The notes beneath the pieces were generated by a model. It had not been told where the DNA came from. It worked only from the letters and a program-made list of their open reading frames with translations, and ran no database searches. Positions 1 to 10,674 of a stretch of 64,000 nucleotides of DNA are shown here, piece after piece; the first letter of the stretch is position 1, and each line of letters begins with the position of its first letter. This stretch comes from an uncultured cyanobacterium (GTDB lineage: Bacteria; Cyanobacteriota; Cyanobacteriia; Cyanobacteriales; Nostocaceae): NCBI GenBank assembly GCA_963706595.1, contig OY970166.1:960001-1024000 (forward strand), given 5' to 3'. The position numbers were made by a program, and so were the translations under genes.

Positions 1-20
1 AGATTTTATTAGACGTAAAT

Positions 21-419
21 ATGTCAGAAAATTCGGAAAAAACTTTAAAAGTTGCTCAACAAGCATTTGACCATTTTACCCACGGTTTAGCCACTGGGGA
101 GTGGGAAGTATTTCTAGATATGCTGACAGAAGATTTTACCTTTTGGTTCCCAATGGGCAAATTTCACGGTTTAAATGAGGGTAAAGACCGCGCCAGAGAG
201 TTTTTTCAATATGTCTCACAATCTTTTAATTCAGGAATTCAGATAACTTCTCTAGACCGCATTACCAGTAATGACACAACGGTTGTTTTTGAGTTTCGTG
301 ACGAAGGGTTATTATCGCATCAGCCTTACAAAAATCGGGTAGCAGTTTCTTTTGATGTGCGTGGAGAGCAAATTTCTGGCTATCGGGAATATTTTGGTAG
401 TGATGGTAAATCTTATTAG
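21..419 (+). CDS. SnoaL/NTF2-like (ketosteroid isomerase-like) protein
   Basis: 132 aa ORF with NTF2-like pattern (LTEDFTFWFP...GKD...FF...Y.N....F.V.G.QISGYREYF). Confidence 0.8.
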   Translation: MSENSEKTLKVAQQAFDHFTHGLATGEWEVFLDMLTEDFTFWFPMGKFHGLNEGKDRAREFFQYVSQSFNSGIQITSLDRITSNDTTVVFEFRDEGLLSHQPYKNRVAVSFDVRGEQISGYREYFGSDGKSY

Positions 420-467
420 CCGGTTTTGCTGAGTTAAAATCTCAAGAGAAAAGAAAATAGAGCTTTC

Positions 468-524
468 GCGTAACGCACCTTGAATCGTTGACGGTGCGTT
501 AGCCTACGGCATAACACACCCTAC
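468..524. repeat. GTAG-type REP-like palindromic element
   Basis: CGTAACGCACC...GGTGCGTTAG...AACACACCCTAC; related copy at 61546-61625. Confidence 0.6.
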
Positions 525-583
525 ATTTAAATTTTATTTACATAAATATAAATCTTTTGGCTTACCTACTTATTTATGAATAA

Positions 584-1438
584 TTATCCAAATACGACTG
601 TTCTATTAGTATATACCAAGACGCGATTTTGTAAATGTAACCTCACGGCTCTTGCTAATACAACGCGTTCTAAATCTTTCCCTTTTCTAATTAAATCATC
701 AATTTCATCGCGGTGACTGACTCGCACTACATCTTGTTCTATAATTGGACCAGCATCTAAATCAGCAGTGGCATAATGGGCTGTGGCTCCAATAATTTTC
801 ACACCACGTTCAAATGCTCGATGATAGGGATTTGCGCCTACAAAAGCTGGTAAAAATGAATGATGAATATTAATTATTTGGGGAAATTTGGCAATGAAAT
901 CTGCACTGACAATTTGCATATATTTGGCTAAAACTACTAAATCAATTTGATATTTTTGCAGTAATTCTAGTTGTTGAGCTTCTTGTTCGGCTTTGTGATC
1001 TTTGGTGATAGGAATATGGTGAAAATCAATGCCAAATTGCTCTGCTACTTCCTTTAAGTTAGCATGATTACTCATGATGAGGGGAATCTCTGCTGCAAAT
1101 TCTTTGGCGCGTTGTCGCCAAATTAAATCAAATAAACAATGGTCTTGCCGACTCACCCAAATGGCAATCCGTGGTATACTATCAGAAAAATGTAGTTGCC
1201 ATGTCGCATCTAAAGGTTGCGCGATCGCACTAAATGCTGGAGCAATAAATTCTCGTGGCAAATTAAATCCATCTAACTGCCATTCAATCCGCGTCAGAAA
1301 TAATCCAGCCGCAAAATCTGTATGCTGGTCTGCATGAATAATATTTCCCCCATTAGCATAGATAAAATTGGCAAATTTGGCAACTAATCCTCTGCGGTCA
1401 GGACAGGAAATCAGCAAGGTGGCGGTAGGATTTGTCAT
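584..1438 (-). CDS. purU: formyltetrahydrofolate deformylase
   Basis: N-terminal ACT domain (CPDRRGLVA), INIHHSFLPAF.GA.PY, GATAHY..DLDAGPIIEQ. Confidence 0.95.
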   Translation of the reverse strand: MTNPTATLLISCPDRRGLVAKFANFIYANGGNIIHADQHTDFAAGLFLTRIEWQLDGFNLPREFIAPAFSAIAQPLDATWQLHFSDSIPRIAIWVSRQDHCLFDLIWRQRAKEFAAEIPLIMSNHANLKEVAEQFGIDFHHIPITKDHKAEQEAQQLELLQKYQIDLVVLAKYMQIVSADFIAKFPQIINIHHSFLPAFVGANPYHRAFERGVKIIGATAHYATADLDAGPIIEQDVVRVSHRDEIDDLIRKGKDLERVVLARAVRLHLQNRVLVYTNRTVVFG

Positions 1439-1455
1439 TTAACCTGAATTAATTG

Positions 1456-2067
1456 TTAATTGTTAGTTGTTTCATTTTCTGGAGTTGTTCGATCCTCACT
1501 TGTGTCTTCAGGTTTTTTCCATTCTGAAAGTTCCCGATTTACGGCATTTTCAAAATCTGTAGAGACTAGGAGAATATTTACATTACCATTTCCTGGGGTC
1601 GGAGAATCAGTTTTGGCATACAAGAAACTATCGTTAAAGTTAGGTTTACCCAAAATTAGTTGATGATTTGTCTGATTTTTCAGGTTAATATTAATAGTGG
1701 CTAGTGGTTGATCTAAACCAAATTCACCTAATTGATTAGCTGGAGTTGATAACGTGCGATCGCTTTGACCTTGAACTAACAAATTCGTTAAATAAGCAAC
1801 AATAGCATCATTTGCTGGTTCTGTGATTGGAGATATTAGTAACCATCGAGAATTTCCCGCTTCAGGGTTACGTTTAAAATTCAGAGTAATATCTTTGGTT
1901 TTGACTGCTAAAGATTGGATATCATCTTCTGTAAAAGAGAAAATTTGCTGCTTTTGTGTCTTGATTTCTTCTCGCTGCGGTTCACCTCTAATTTCATAGA
2001 AATAAACAAAACCACCCAAACCCAGCGCTAGAAATACTAAAATTAATGTTGTTTTCGGTAATTTCAT
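1456..2067 (-). CDS. DUF4340-type membrane-anchored accessory protein of Gld-like ABC system
   Basis: N-terminal TM, W...P...PA, FGL..P motifs; last gene of the ABC/GldG operon. Confidence 0.75.
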   Translation of the reverse strand: MKLPKTTLILVFLALGLGGFVYFYEIRGEPQREEIKTQKQQIFSFTEDDIQSLAVKTKDITLNFKRNPEAGNSRWLLISPITEPANDAIVAYLTNLLVQGQSDRTLSTPANQLGEFGLDQPLATININLKNQTNHQLILGKPNFNDSFLYAKTDSPTPGNGNVNILLVSTDFENAVNRELSEWKKPEDTSEDRTTPENETTNN

Positions 2068-2136
2068 GTTTAATGAATCCTAAATTAAATGAAAGTAAAA
2101 AGTAGAAACTTTTACTTTTTACTTTTCACTTTTTAA

Positions 2137-4011
2137 TTATCTCCGTTTCCACCAAATAATAGCCGCAGCTATTAACCCCATTCCAGGTAATAATAACAGA
2201 GACGACAAGGTTAAAAGATTAGCTTGTCGGATGTTCAAATTAATTCGCCGGTTTCTTTGTTCTTTGGGGCGAATTGAAAGGGGTTGCTGATCCTGTTGAC
2301 TCAACCAAGCAACTGAGTTAAGAAACACATCGCCATTAAGTTGCTGTTCAAATAAGCCATCGGTGGCGAAATCTGAATCACCTATTACTACTAAGCGTGA
2401 CTCAATCGCAGCTTCTGCGGGCTTTTCTGCGGTTGGTGAAGCTTCCGGTGTTGGCGAAGCTTCCGGTGTTGGTGTAGGAGTTGGTGAAGCTTCCGGTGTT
2501 GGCGAAGTTTCCGGTGATGGTGTGGGAGTTGGTGAAGCTTCCGGTGTTGGCGAAGCTTCCGGTGATGGTGTAGGAGTTGGTGAAGCTTCCGGTGTTGGCG
2601 AAGCTTCCGGTGATGGTGTGGGAGTTGGTGAAGCTTCCGGTGATGGTGTGGGAGTTGGCGAAGCTTCTGGAGTCGGCTGAGTTTCCGGTGACGGTGATGG
2701 TGTTGGTGTGGGCGAAGCTTCGGGAGTCGGCTGATTTTCGGCTGCGATTGTTTTCGTTAAAGCCACACCCAAAGTTAGAGGACCTGGAATGTCTGTTTCT
2801 GGGTTAAATACTAACTTTTCGCTTTGCTGGTCGCTTTCACCCCAACTGTCGGGATAAGATTTGGTTTGCAGTAAGGGAGTCGCCTCAATACCAGCTACGG
2901 GGGTAATTTCTAAAGGTCTTGCTAATCGATAAAAGGAAATGCTATTACCAAACTCTTTTGTAATCGGATGTTGTCCGTAATCTGTGACAATTGGAACAGC
3001 CGGTCCAAGTCCCACACCTGTCCCAGAAACATCCACGGTTAAACGATTATCTAAAATAACGCCCCATTCTTGTAGCAAGCTATTAAGATTGGTTTCAGTA
3101 TTCGGGTCAATCATTAATAGTGCATTACCACCGCGATTGAGATAATTTTGTAAGGCTTTCACCTCATTATCAAATAATTCTCGTTTCGGTCCTGCAACTA
3201 CAACAACATCTGCATCTTCTGGAACTTGGGATTTTTCTACTAAATTCAGTGGAGATGCAGTGTAATTTCTATCACCTAATCCCTGAATGGCTTGTGAAAT
3301 TCCCCCCTGACCAGATGTTATCGCTTGTTCGCCATGACCTTGAAGAAAGTAAACAGAAGTTGTGGTTGCACTGCTAATTTGTTGTAGTCGATTTGTGAGT
3401 CTAATTTCCGACAAGCGTTCATTGACATTTACCGTTTGCACTAATTGGCGGTTATCTCCAGATTCTAGGTAAACTTCCCCATAATCTTTAACACCAAATT
3501 TGTTTGCTAAGGTCGGTCTCGCTTGGGGGTCAATATACTCAAACTGAAAATTTTTACTTTGTCGGCGATAGTTTTCTAGTAATTCCTTGTCTTGGGGATT
3601 CCGATTAACATCAAATATCCACAATTTAACTGATTGCTGTAAACCCCGGACTAAATTTTGCGATTGAGGGGCTAGGGTAAATAACTGGGCTTCAGTTAAG
3701 TCTTGACGCAGGTTGTAGCGAGTACCCAAAAAGTTAACTAACCCTAAAATCACGAATACAGCCACAATGGAAACTAAAGCATTAGTACTAACTTGAGTAG
3801 AACGACGATTCCACCATTTAGTTTGATAGCTTTGTAATCCTATCCACAAACCAATAATCACAGTTCCCGTAATCAGAAATACTAAGGGAATAATTCCCCA
3901 GTTTCCCGAAACTAATCCAGATGTTAAGCCCACAGCTATTGAAAATGGACCTAGCCAAAATAAATATTTTCCCAATTTGTTTTTTTTGATCATCTTCATG
4001 TTATTTGTCAT
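2137..4011 (-). CDS. GldG-family ABC transporter auxiliary component with Pro/Thr-rich insertion
   Basis: DLT...FTL, YFLQGHGE, VVAGP, GG..LL..DP, RLVVIGDSDF, N.D.FLNSV.WL, C-terminal WWKRR. Confidence 0.85.
   Translation of the reverse strand: MTNNMKMIKKNKLGKYLFWLGPFSIAVGLTSGLVSGNWGIIPLVFLITGTVIIGLWIGLQSYQTKWWNRRSTQVSTNALVSIVAVFVILGLVNFLGTRYNLRQDLTEAQLFTLAPQSQNLVRGLQQSVKLWIFDVNRNPQDKELLENYRRQSKNFQFEYIDPQARPTLANKFGVKDYGEVYLESGDNRQLVQTVNVNERLSEIRLTNRLQQISSATTTSVYFLQGHGEQAITSGQGGISQAIQGLGDRNYTASPLNLVEKSQVPEDADVVVVAGPKRELFDNEVKALQNYLNRGGNALLMIDPNTETNLNSLLQEWGVILDNRLTVDVSGTGVGLGPAVPIVTDYGQHPITKEFGNSISFYRLARPLEITPVAGIEATPLLQTKSYPDSWGESDQQSEKLVFNPETDIPGPLTLGVALTKTIAAENQPTPEASPTPTPSPSPETQPTPEASPTPTPSPEASPTPTPSPEASPTPEASPTPTPSPEASPTPEASPTPTPSPETSPTPEASPTPTPTPEASPTPEASPTAEKPAEAAIESRLVVIGDSDFATDGLFEQQLNGDVFLNSVAWLSQQDQQPLSIRPKEQRNRRINLNIRQANLLTLSSLLLLPGMGLIAAAIIWWKRR
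2425..2735 (-). repeat. intragenic tandem repeats encoding (PEASPT[PTPS])n linker
   Basis: Repeated GAAGCTTCCGGTG units with 18- and 30-bp periods. Confidence 0.9.
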
Positions 4012-4050
4012 TAGTCATTTGTCATTAGTTATTAGTCGATTAACTATTAA

Positions 4051-4863
4051 CTACCGACGTTGAAAGCGCAGCGCATCAATTGACTGGGCTGTGAGAAAGA
4101 TGCCTAAAAAAATGTAACTGGTAAATAATATCAAGGCGCTGGTGTCAAAAATACCTTGGATCAGGGTATTGTAATGTTTTAATAATGAGAAATGACCTAA
4201 GATTTCTCCTACTGGTCCGCCGATACTTTTGGCAATCACATCCACAAATAATAACAATAAAACGAGGGCGAAGGTGAGGACAGCAGACAGAATTGTGCTG
4301 TCGGTGAGGGAGGAAATAAACATTCCTAATGATAAGATTGCGGCTGCTAGCAAGATTAAGCCCAAATGCCCCAGTAAGGGAATTGTCGGCGACATGGGAG
4401 GATTTGAGGCACTAATGGCGATCGCCTGAAATCCAAACAAGGGTACAATCAGCGTGGTAAAAAATGTCAGCACCCCTAATAATTTACCTACAGCTACCGC
4501 CCAGTTAGTGACTGGTGACGTGGCTAAAAGTTCCAAAGTGCCGCGCTTGCGTTCTTCGGCATAAAGTCCCATTGAGAGAATTGGTAAAATAAATAACAAT
4601 AGCCAACCCAATCTATCCAAAAATGCCCGGACAAATTCATAAGGAACATCGATGGGCGGAACTGGTACGCCTAATTGTTGTCCTTGTGAATCGAATTGTG
4701 CCACTGCTGACAAAATCCCATCTGGCCCTAGTAAAATTGTCACAAAGAATAAGCCGCCGATGAACCAAAATATGCTGGCGATCGCATAAGCTAAGGGCGA
4801 GATAAAATAACTCTGTAACTCTCGGCGATAAATGGCAATAATATTACTCAGTACTATACCCAT
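4051..4863 (-). CDS. ABC-2 type permease (GldF-like)
   Basis: RELQSYF.SP.AY, SMGLYAEERKRGTLELLATSP, multiple TMs. Confidence 0.9.
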   Translation of the reverse strand: MGIVLSNIIAIYRRELQSYFISPLAYAIASIFWFIGGLFFVTILLGPDGILSAVAQFDSQGQQLGVPVPPIDVPYEFVRAFLDRLGWLLLFILPILSMGLYAEERKRGTLELLATSPVTNWAVAVGKLLGVLTFFTTLIVPLFGFQAIAISASNPPMSPTIPLLGHLGLILLAAAILSLGMFISSLTDSTILSAVLTFALVLLLLFVDVIAKSIGGPVGEILGHFSLLKHYNTLIQGIFDTSALILFTSYIFLGIFLTAQSIDALRFQRR

Positions 4864-5859
4864 TTATGCTGCTTCTCCTTCGGTGGTTTCTGAGTCTGCA
4901 AAACATGCTACATTTTTTTCTTCTGTAGTCAATTGCAAAAAGACATCTTCTAGGGTAGCGCTGACACGGCGCATTTCACATAATCCAAATCCGGCATTTA
5001 GCAACGTAGCCGCAATCGCTGTTCCCGGTTCAATTCCTAGTTGTGATATTACCCGCAGGTGGGCGCGGTTGTCAGTAGCTGGGTGATGACTAGACACAGA
5101 TTCTACCAGACTTACACCTGGAACATTTTGCAAAACTTGTTTGGCTAAACCACTATCTCCCTCAATTTCTAATTCATATCCTGAGCCACCTGCCAACTGT
5201 GTCATCAGGTTTTCTGGTGTATTAGTTGCTACTAATTTTCCCTTGTTGATAATGGCGACCCGGCTACAAGTCATACTCACCTCCGGCAAAATGTGAGTAG
5301 ACAGAATAATTGTGTGCGTCCCAGCCAAGCTTTTAATTAAATTGCGGACTTCAATAATTTGCCTGGGGTCGAGTCCAACTGTGGGTTCATCTAAAATAAT
5401 CGCTGGGGGATCATGAACAATTGCTTGAGCAATGCCGACTCTTTGGCGATATCCTTTGGATAGTTTGCGGATAATGACTTGGCGCTTCTCTTCCAAGTTG
5501 CAGCGTGTGATGGCGGCTGTTACCTTGTTGGCGCGATCGCCTGCTGATATACCTTTAATTCGGGCTACAAAATGTAAAAACCCTTCCACCGTCATTTCTG
5601 GATATAACGGCGGTGTTTCCGGTAAATAGCCAATGCGTTGGCGGACTGCGAGAGAATCATCATTGACATCAAACCCAGCAATTCTCGCTTTACCCTCCGT
5701 AGCGGGGAGATAACCGGCTAAAATTCGCATGGTTGTAGTTTTACCAGCCCCATTCGGCCCTAAAAACCCTAAAATTTCCCCAGGTTCGACGCTAAAGGTA
5801 ACATCATTAATAGCTGGGGTAGAACCGTAGGTTTTACTGAGATGTTCTACTTCAATCAT
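4864..5859 (-). CDS. ABC transporter ATP-binding protein (GldA-like)
   Basis: GPNGAGKTT, LSKGYRQR, ILDEPT; ATG at 5859 preferred over the TTG extension. Confidence 0.92.
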   Translation of the reverse strand: MIEVEHLSKTYGSTPAINDVTFSVEPGEILGFLGPNGAGKTTTMRILAGYLPATEGKARIAGFDVNDDSLAVRQRIGYLPETPPLYPEMTVEGFLHFVARIKGISAGDRANKVTAAITRCNLEEKRQVIIRKLSKGYRQRVGIAQAIVHDPPAIILDEPTVGLDPRQIIEVRNLIKSLAGTHTIILSTHILPEVSMTCSRVAIINKGKLVATNTPENLMTQLAGGSGYELEIEGDSGLAKQVLQNVPGVSLVESVSSHHPATDNRAHLRVISQLGIEPGTAIAATLLNAGFGLCEMRRVSATLEDVFLQLTTEEKNVACFADSETTEGEAA

Positions 5860-5985
5860 CTTTATCAGGCGATCGTCAGATATAACAATACCCAACAATC
5901 TTAGATCACCTGGGCAATTATCCTCATCTCAAGTGCAGGAACCGGGGACTATTCATTAGGAAAACCTGAACCCCTGTTTCTTCCG

Positions 5986-6981
5986 TCACACTTGCCCTAA
6001 CAAATACTTAAATAAATCATCCAGTATGGCATTAGCTGAGAGAATATTGCCAAAAATCCAGTAACTAGAATCAACACTATAAACACGCTGCTTCTGCACT
6101 ACATTCAGACTTTGCCAAATACGACTATTTTGATATTGCTTAAATACTTCTTTAGCGCCAGGGTCAACCGCTACAAATAAAACATCAGCATCCAGTAAAT
6201 CTATTCGTTCTAAGCTCAGTATTACCAAAGTATCATCAGCAGTCTTAATCAATTCACGTTGATTAACTGGCATATTAATTCCGATATCTGCCAAAATACT
6301 GCCAGGAAAAGAATATTGAGAACGAAACTCAGGAAGTTTAGCCCCACCGTGGAAACGGCTAACGGAAACCTCTAATTCATTGATTTGCTCACCCAATCCA
6401 TTGCGTAATTCTTCTAGGCGTTGTTCATATTCAGTTAATAATGTCTTTGCTTTTGTAGTTTTATTTACGATTTTAGCAATACTGAGCAAATTTTCCTTCC
6501 ATTGATTATGTACATTTTTCAATTTAACTGTAGGCGCTATTTGCGAAAACAAGTTATAATTTTCTGCATCAATACCGTATGTGCTAAGAATTAAATCTGG
6601 ATTTAGTTTCAATATTGTTTCTAAATTAAACTGATTCTCTTTCCCTATAGAAACTATACCTGAAATCTCACTTTTAAGAAAACTACTTTTGCTAGCGACA
6701 AAAGTAGTATCTACTGTCCCTATTGGTTTTAAACCTAATGCAAGCAAAGTTTCTAAAGATACTTGTTCTGTAACAATAATTCGTTGTGGATTAAGAGGAA
6801 CACAAGTTTCACCCAATTCATGCTTAATTAATCGACATTCTGAACTTGATAATTTTGGTTCTGGTAAATCAGGATGTGAATAGTTATGGCAAGCAGTAAA
6901 TATAAATAGCGAAACAGCTATTAATATAGATATCTTCAAATAATTAAATAAACGCTTAGTCATTTTAAGAATATTATTCAT
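5986..6981 (-). CDS. iron-siderophore ABC substrate-binding lipoprotein (FhuD/FecB family)
   Basis: Lipobox FTAC, H..GET.VP.NPQRI, NLETILKLNPDLI, IAPTV, W..L..V...RVY.VD...W. Confidence 0.9.
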   Translation of the reverse strand: MNNILKMTKRLFNYLKISILIAVSLFIFTACHNYSHPDLPEPKLSSSECRLIKHELGETCVPLNPQRIIVTEQVSLETLLALGLKPIGTVDTTFVASKSSFLKSEISGIVSIGKENQFNLETILKLNPDLILSTYGIDAENYNLFSQIAPTVKLKNVHNQWKENLLSIAKIVNKTTKAKTLLTEYEQRLEELRNGLGEQINELEVSVSRFHGGAKLPEFRSQYSFPGSILADIGINMPVNQRELIKTADDTLVILSLERIDLLDADVLFVAVDPGAKEVFKQYQNSRIWQSLNVVQKQRVYSVDSSYWIFGNILSANAILDDLFKYLLGQV

Positions 6982-7933
6982 TGCTGTACACCAGCATATT
7001 TTTAACGCAGAATTGAGGCACTAATTCTTTTTCTGTACCATCACAATAACCAATCAAATAGCGGGCTTTACTGTTATTAACCACCACATCTGCTAGCACA
7101 CGACCACCACTATCATCTGGGTTCATAAAATTTAGTTCAACGCGATAAAAATCTTCATTATTACTTTGTTCTAATATTTTAGCTGTAACTTTGTAATTAA
7201 ACCATTCCCAGCCATACATGAAAATCATTTCTCTTTCTAAAACTTGTGCTGCTGCTGGAAATATTCCCTAACCACGATATATAGGTTTTATTAATTCAAT
7301 ATTGCCTGTTCTTGTTAAAATTACAGTGAATGAATCTGCATCTAGCCTGGCGTAATATCTTCCATCGGGAAAGTCAATAGCAGTTGGTGCAAAGCGATGA
7401 CCACCAAAATGGCTAACTTGCCAAATACGAACATAATTCAGCGATAAATCATTAACTATACTCTTTGCTTGACGATAGAAAGAATTGCCGTATTTAGCAC
7501 AACATTTATCACGGCTACCGTGAGTACATATAAGAATATCTCTGGTTGGCGATTCTGTATATTCAATATCTAGTTTATCGTGCAGTAAATATTTTTTTAT
7601 AATCAATGCTAAATCATTAATATTGCATATAGTAAACTCGTATTTACGATATCCTGGAGATAAATCAAAGTTTTGACGATAAATTATCACCCTTGTTGTA
7701 TCTGTTTGCTTAATTTGTTCGTTATAAATTAATAAAAAAACAACTGAGTCATCTGTTGATTCAATTTCTTGCTGTAGAACTTGTAATTCTGAAGGTATCA
7801 GTTTAGAATTAAAGGCATTTTTCACCCAAGGTGGAGGACATTCTATCAGGATATAAATTTGGGAATTTTCTGCGTTACCAATTGGATCTTCACCAGCGTC
7901 ACGCGATTCTTCGGCACAAAAAAAAGTTTGCAT
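6974..7933 (-). pseudogene. sucrase/ferredoxin-like protein interrupted by an in-frame TAG
   Basis: ORFs 7268-7933 and 6974-7228 share a frame, joined by TAG(7268-7270)+GIFPAAAQVLERE; motifs CTHG.RD.CCA.YG, SHFGGHRFAPT, DG..Y. Confidence 0.85.
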
Positions 7934-7958
7934 ACTACATCTAGCCTAAATTGTAATG

Positions 7959-7985
7959 ATTACCCTATTCCTAGAATAGGGTAAT
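7959..7985. terminator. perfect 12-bp stem-loop downstream of the TonB receptor (terminator or mRNA stabiliser)
   Basis: ATTACCCTATTC-cta-GAATAGGGTAAT. Confidence 0.55.
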
Positions 7986-8042
7986 TTAAATGTTGGCTAT
8001 CTTCTCTGAACAAAATTTCGATAGTATTGTACATTGCCAACA

Positions 8043-10583
8043 TTAAAAATCGAAAGAAACGGTTCCTAAAACAGTAAAAGGTGCTGCTGGAGCAATGAAG
8101 AAACCTTGAGACTCATAATATTTGGTATCAAGCAAATTTTTAAAGTTGACAGCAGCTCGCCAATTATTTTGCCTATAGAAAATGCTGGCATCTGTTCTCA
8201 CATAGGAAGGAATTTTTACATCATTTGGTAAACCTGCCTCACGTTCACCAACGTAGACAACTCCTAACCCTAATCCTAAACCTTGCAAGTTTCCCTGTTG
8301 CAATTCATAGGTAGTCCATAAACTCGCACTGTTGTATGGTACACCTACTAACCTATTATTAACTAAATCTAGGTCATTATCTTCACTGACAAAAGCATCT
8401 GTATAGGTATAGGTGGCAATTACTTTCCATCCAGGTGAAATTTCTCCTACGATATCTAGTTCCACACCTCGGCTTTTTTGTTCACCCGTTTGCACACTAA
8501 AATCAGTATCAACTGGGTCGGGAGTTAGAACATTTTTCTTTGTGATATCAAAGTAAGCTAAAGTTGTGGAAAGGCGTTTATTAAAAAATTCTTGCTTAAT
8601 GCCGACTTCAAATTGTTGCGATGTTTCCGGTTGAAAGGTTTCGTCATTGCGAGTTCTGCCAAATATGACCGGATTAAAAGAATTTGTCCAACTAGCATAC
8701 AGTGATGTGCTATCAGTCCGTTGATAAACAATACCTAGTCTGGGAGAAAACTCAGAAGTTGAGGTTTCAGTGTCAGTGACACCAGTTTCTAAATTTTTGT
8801 CAAAGGAATCAACCCAATCAAAACGTCCCCCAGCCAAAAATTTGATCTGAGGTGTCAGTTCCAGCAAATTTTGAAAATACAGTGCTACGTTATCTGCACC
8901 ATAGCTGAAAAAGCCTGTCCTGCGGATATTTTCTGGTTGTGCGCCGTAAATGGGATTAAATATATCTAGATTGGCAATGCTACCTCGAAAAAATTCATCA
9001 GTGAATTGGTAACGAGCTAATTCCAATCCTACCAAGACATTGTGGCGAATAGAACCTGTGTTGAAAGAGCCACTAACTTCGTTTTGGAAGGCAATATTTT
9101 CCTGCTCATCATCGCTGACTCGATATCTACGACGGACTGTGCCATCTTCTTGTATGGCATCAGCTTGAACTCCTTTGGCAATACCATTGACATTTAGAAT
9201 GTTGAAACCTTGACGAAATTTCCAGGCGTTGCTGTTGCCAAATTTGCTCTCTAAAGTATAGGTGAAGTTATTGGATGTAAATTCGGCATCGTTGAGGTCT
9301 GGTTCGCCTAAGAAGCGACTGACAGGAAGATTAAAAACTGCTGGGTCAGCAGGAAAACCGCGATCAAATGTGTAGTCATATTTTTGGTATTCATAGGCAA
9401 AAGTGAGGGTAGTATTTTCTCCGGCTTTCAAACTAATTACGGGATTAATAAAAATACTCTCGTTCTTTACGAAGTCTCGAAAACTATTGGCGTTTTCGTA
9501 AGCTGCATTTAGACGGTAAAGTGCCGAACGGTCTTCTGAAAGTGGCCCAGTTAAATCAATTGATGTCCGGTAAAAATCGTAGCTACCGATAGTGCCATTG
9601 ATTTGATAGAATGGGTCTGATAAAGGTTTTTTGGTAATGGTATTAACGACTCCACCCGGACTTGTGACGCTACCATACAAAATTGATGCTGGTCCTTTGA
9701 GAAATTCAACTTGCTCAATATTTGCTACATCACGCGGACTAGTAAAGCCGAAGTCTTTGAAGCCATCACGCAAAGTTTCAAACCCTGTACTAAACCCACG
9801 AATGAAGTAACCTTGGGATGCAAGTCCACCGAAGGTTTCTTGACGGCGCACACCGCTAACATTGTCTGCTAGCTCATTGAGTCTAACTACTTGGCGGTCT
9901 CGAATAATTTCTTTAGGTATTACTTGTACAGATGCAGGAATATCGCGCAGTGGAACATCTAGTTTAGCCGCAGTAGATGCTTCTGGTATAAAGTAGCTGT
10001 TTTGTTGACCTGTAACCAAGAGTTCAATTGGCTTATCAGTCTCAGCCGTTGGTTGTTCTCTGGGAGTTTCAGTAGTGGGTTTATCGTTTGGTTGAGATAC
10101 GGAAGATGTTGCAGGTGTGACGCTGAAAATTAAACCTTCATCACTATCAAATAATGTATAACTGGGTTTTCCCGCTTCACCTATAATACTTACCCTGATA
10201 GTGTTATCATTTTGATTAATAACTATAACTTCGGTAATACCGGGAAAAGGTTGTAGTTGACGAAATATATTTCCCGATGGTAAACGTAGTTGCGCGTTGG
10301 TAATATCCGCAATGAAACTATTCCCAGAACTGCTATCTACTATTTGCAACTCTTGTCCTTGCTGAGTCTCCAAAATTACTTCTATACTTTGATCTATAGT
10401 ATCAATCCGCACGCTGTTGACAAGAATTAGAGATTTTTCTGTGGATGCTTGAGAGAGTAATTGTTTGAGATTTTCAGAGGTTTTACTTTTTTCCAGGCTG
10501 TTCTCACTTCCCCAAGCTGGTTGTGCAGCAACTACTACCCCTGTTAAGCATATACCGATAAATAATTGCGGTTGTCTTTTCAT
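8043..10583 (-). CDS. TonB-dependent siderophore receptor with N-terminal AMIN domain
   Basis: Signal peptide, AMIN-like segment (ADITNAQL), plug (IP.SVQVI, IRGF, E..KGPAS.LYG...PGG.VN), C-terminal aromatic F. Confidence 0.95.
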   Translation of the reverse strand: MKRQPQLFIGICLTGVVVAAQPAWGSENSLEKSKTSENLKQLLSQASTEKSLILVNSVRIDTIDQSIEVILETQQGQELQIVDSSSGNSFIADITNAQLRLPSGNIFRQLQPFPGITEVIVINQNDNTIRVSIIGEAGKPSYTLFDSDEGLIFSVTPATSSVSQPNDKPTTETPREQPTAETDKPIELLVTGQQNSYFIPEASTAAKLDVPLRDIPASVQVIPKEIIRDRQVVRLNELADNVSGVRRQETFGGLASQGYFIRGFSTGFETLRDGFKDFGFTSPRDVANIEQVEFLKGPASILYGSVTSPGGVVNTITKKPLSDPFYQINGTIGSYDFYRTSIDLTGPLSEDRSALYRLNAAYENANSFRDFVKNESIFINPVISLKAGENTTLTFAYEYQKYDYTFDRGFPADPAVFNLPVSRFLGEPDLNDAEFTSNNFTYTLESKFGNSNAWKFRQGFNILNVNGIAKGVQADAIQEDGTVRRRYRVSDDEQENIAFQNEVSGSFNTGSIRHNVLVGLELARYQFTDEFFRGSIANLDIFNPIYGAQPENIRRTGFFSYGADNVALYFQNLLELTPQIKFLAGGRFDWVDSFDKNLETGVTDTETSTSEFSPRLGIVYQRTDSTSLYASWTNSFNPVIFGRTRNDETFQPETSQQFEVGIKQEFFNKRLSTTLAYFDITKKNVLTPDPVDTDFSVQTGEQKSRGVELDIVGEISPGWKVIATYTYTDAFVSEDNDLDLVNNRLVGVPYNSASLWTTYELQQGNLQGLGLGLGVVYVGEREAGLPNDVKIPSYVRTDASIFYRQNNWRAAVNFKNLLDTKYYESQGFFIAPAAPFTVLGTVSFDF

Positions 10584-10617
10584 AATTTCTATACAAGCCA
10601 GAGGCTCTTTTTAGTGT

Positions 10618-10636
10618 ATCTAAGAATCTTTATCAA
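10618..10636. promoter_or_regulatory. putative Fur box upstream of the TonB receptor
   Basis: Minus strand TGATAAAGATTCTTA resembles the 7-1-7 Fur consensus TGATAATnATTATCA. Confidence 0.45.
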
Positions 10637-10674
10637 AAAGCTTAATCTATAATGTTGTGATTTTAAAGACAATA

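Noticed and set aside
2425..2735. Possible CRISPR array
   Set aside because: Contiguous coding repeats with no unique spacers; no cas genes and no repeat-spacer array seen elsewhere in the window.
2363..2807. Plus-strand repetitive ORFs (GEASGVG, VKLPV)
   Set aside because: Antisense shadows of the PEASPT repeat.
7268..7270. Programmed amber readthrough (pyrrolysine)
   Set aside because: The position corresponds to an expected Trp (TGG->TAG); no pyl genes are seen and the neighbouring araC is also damaged.
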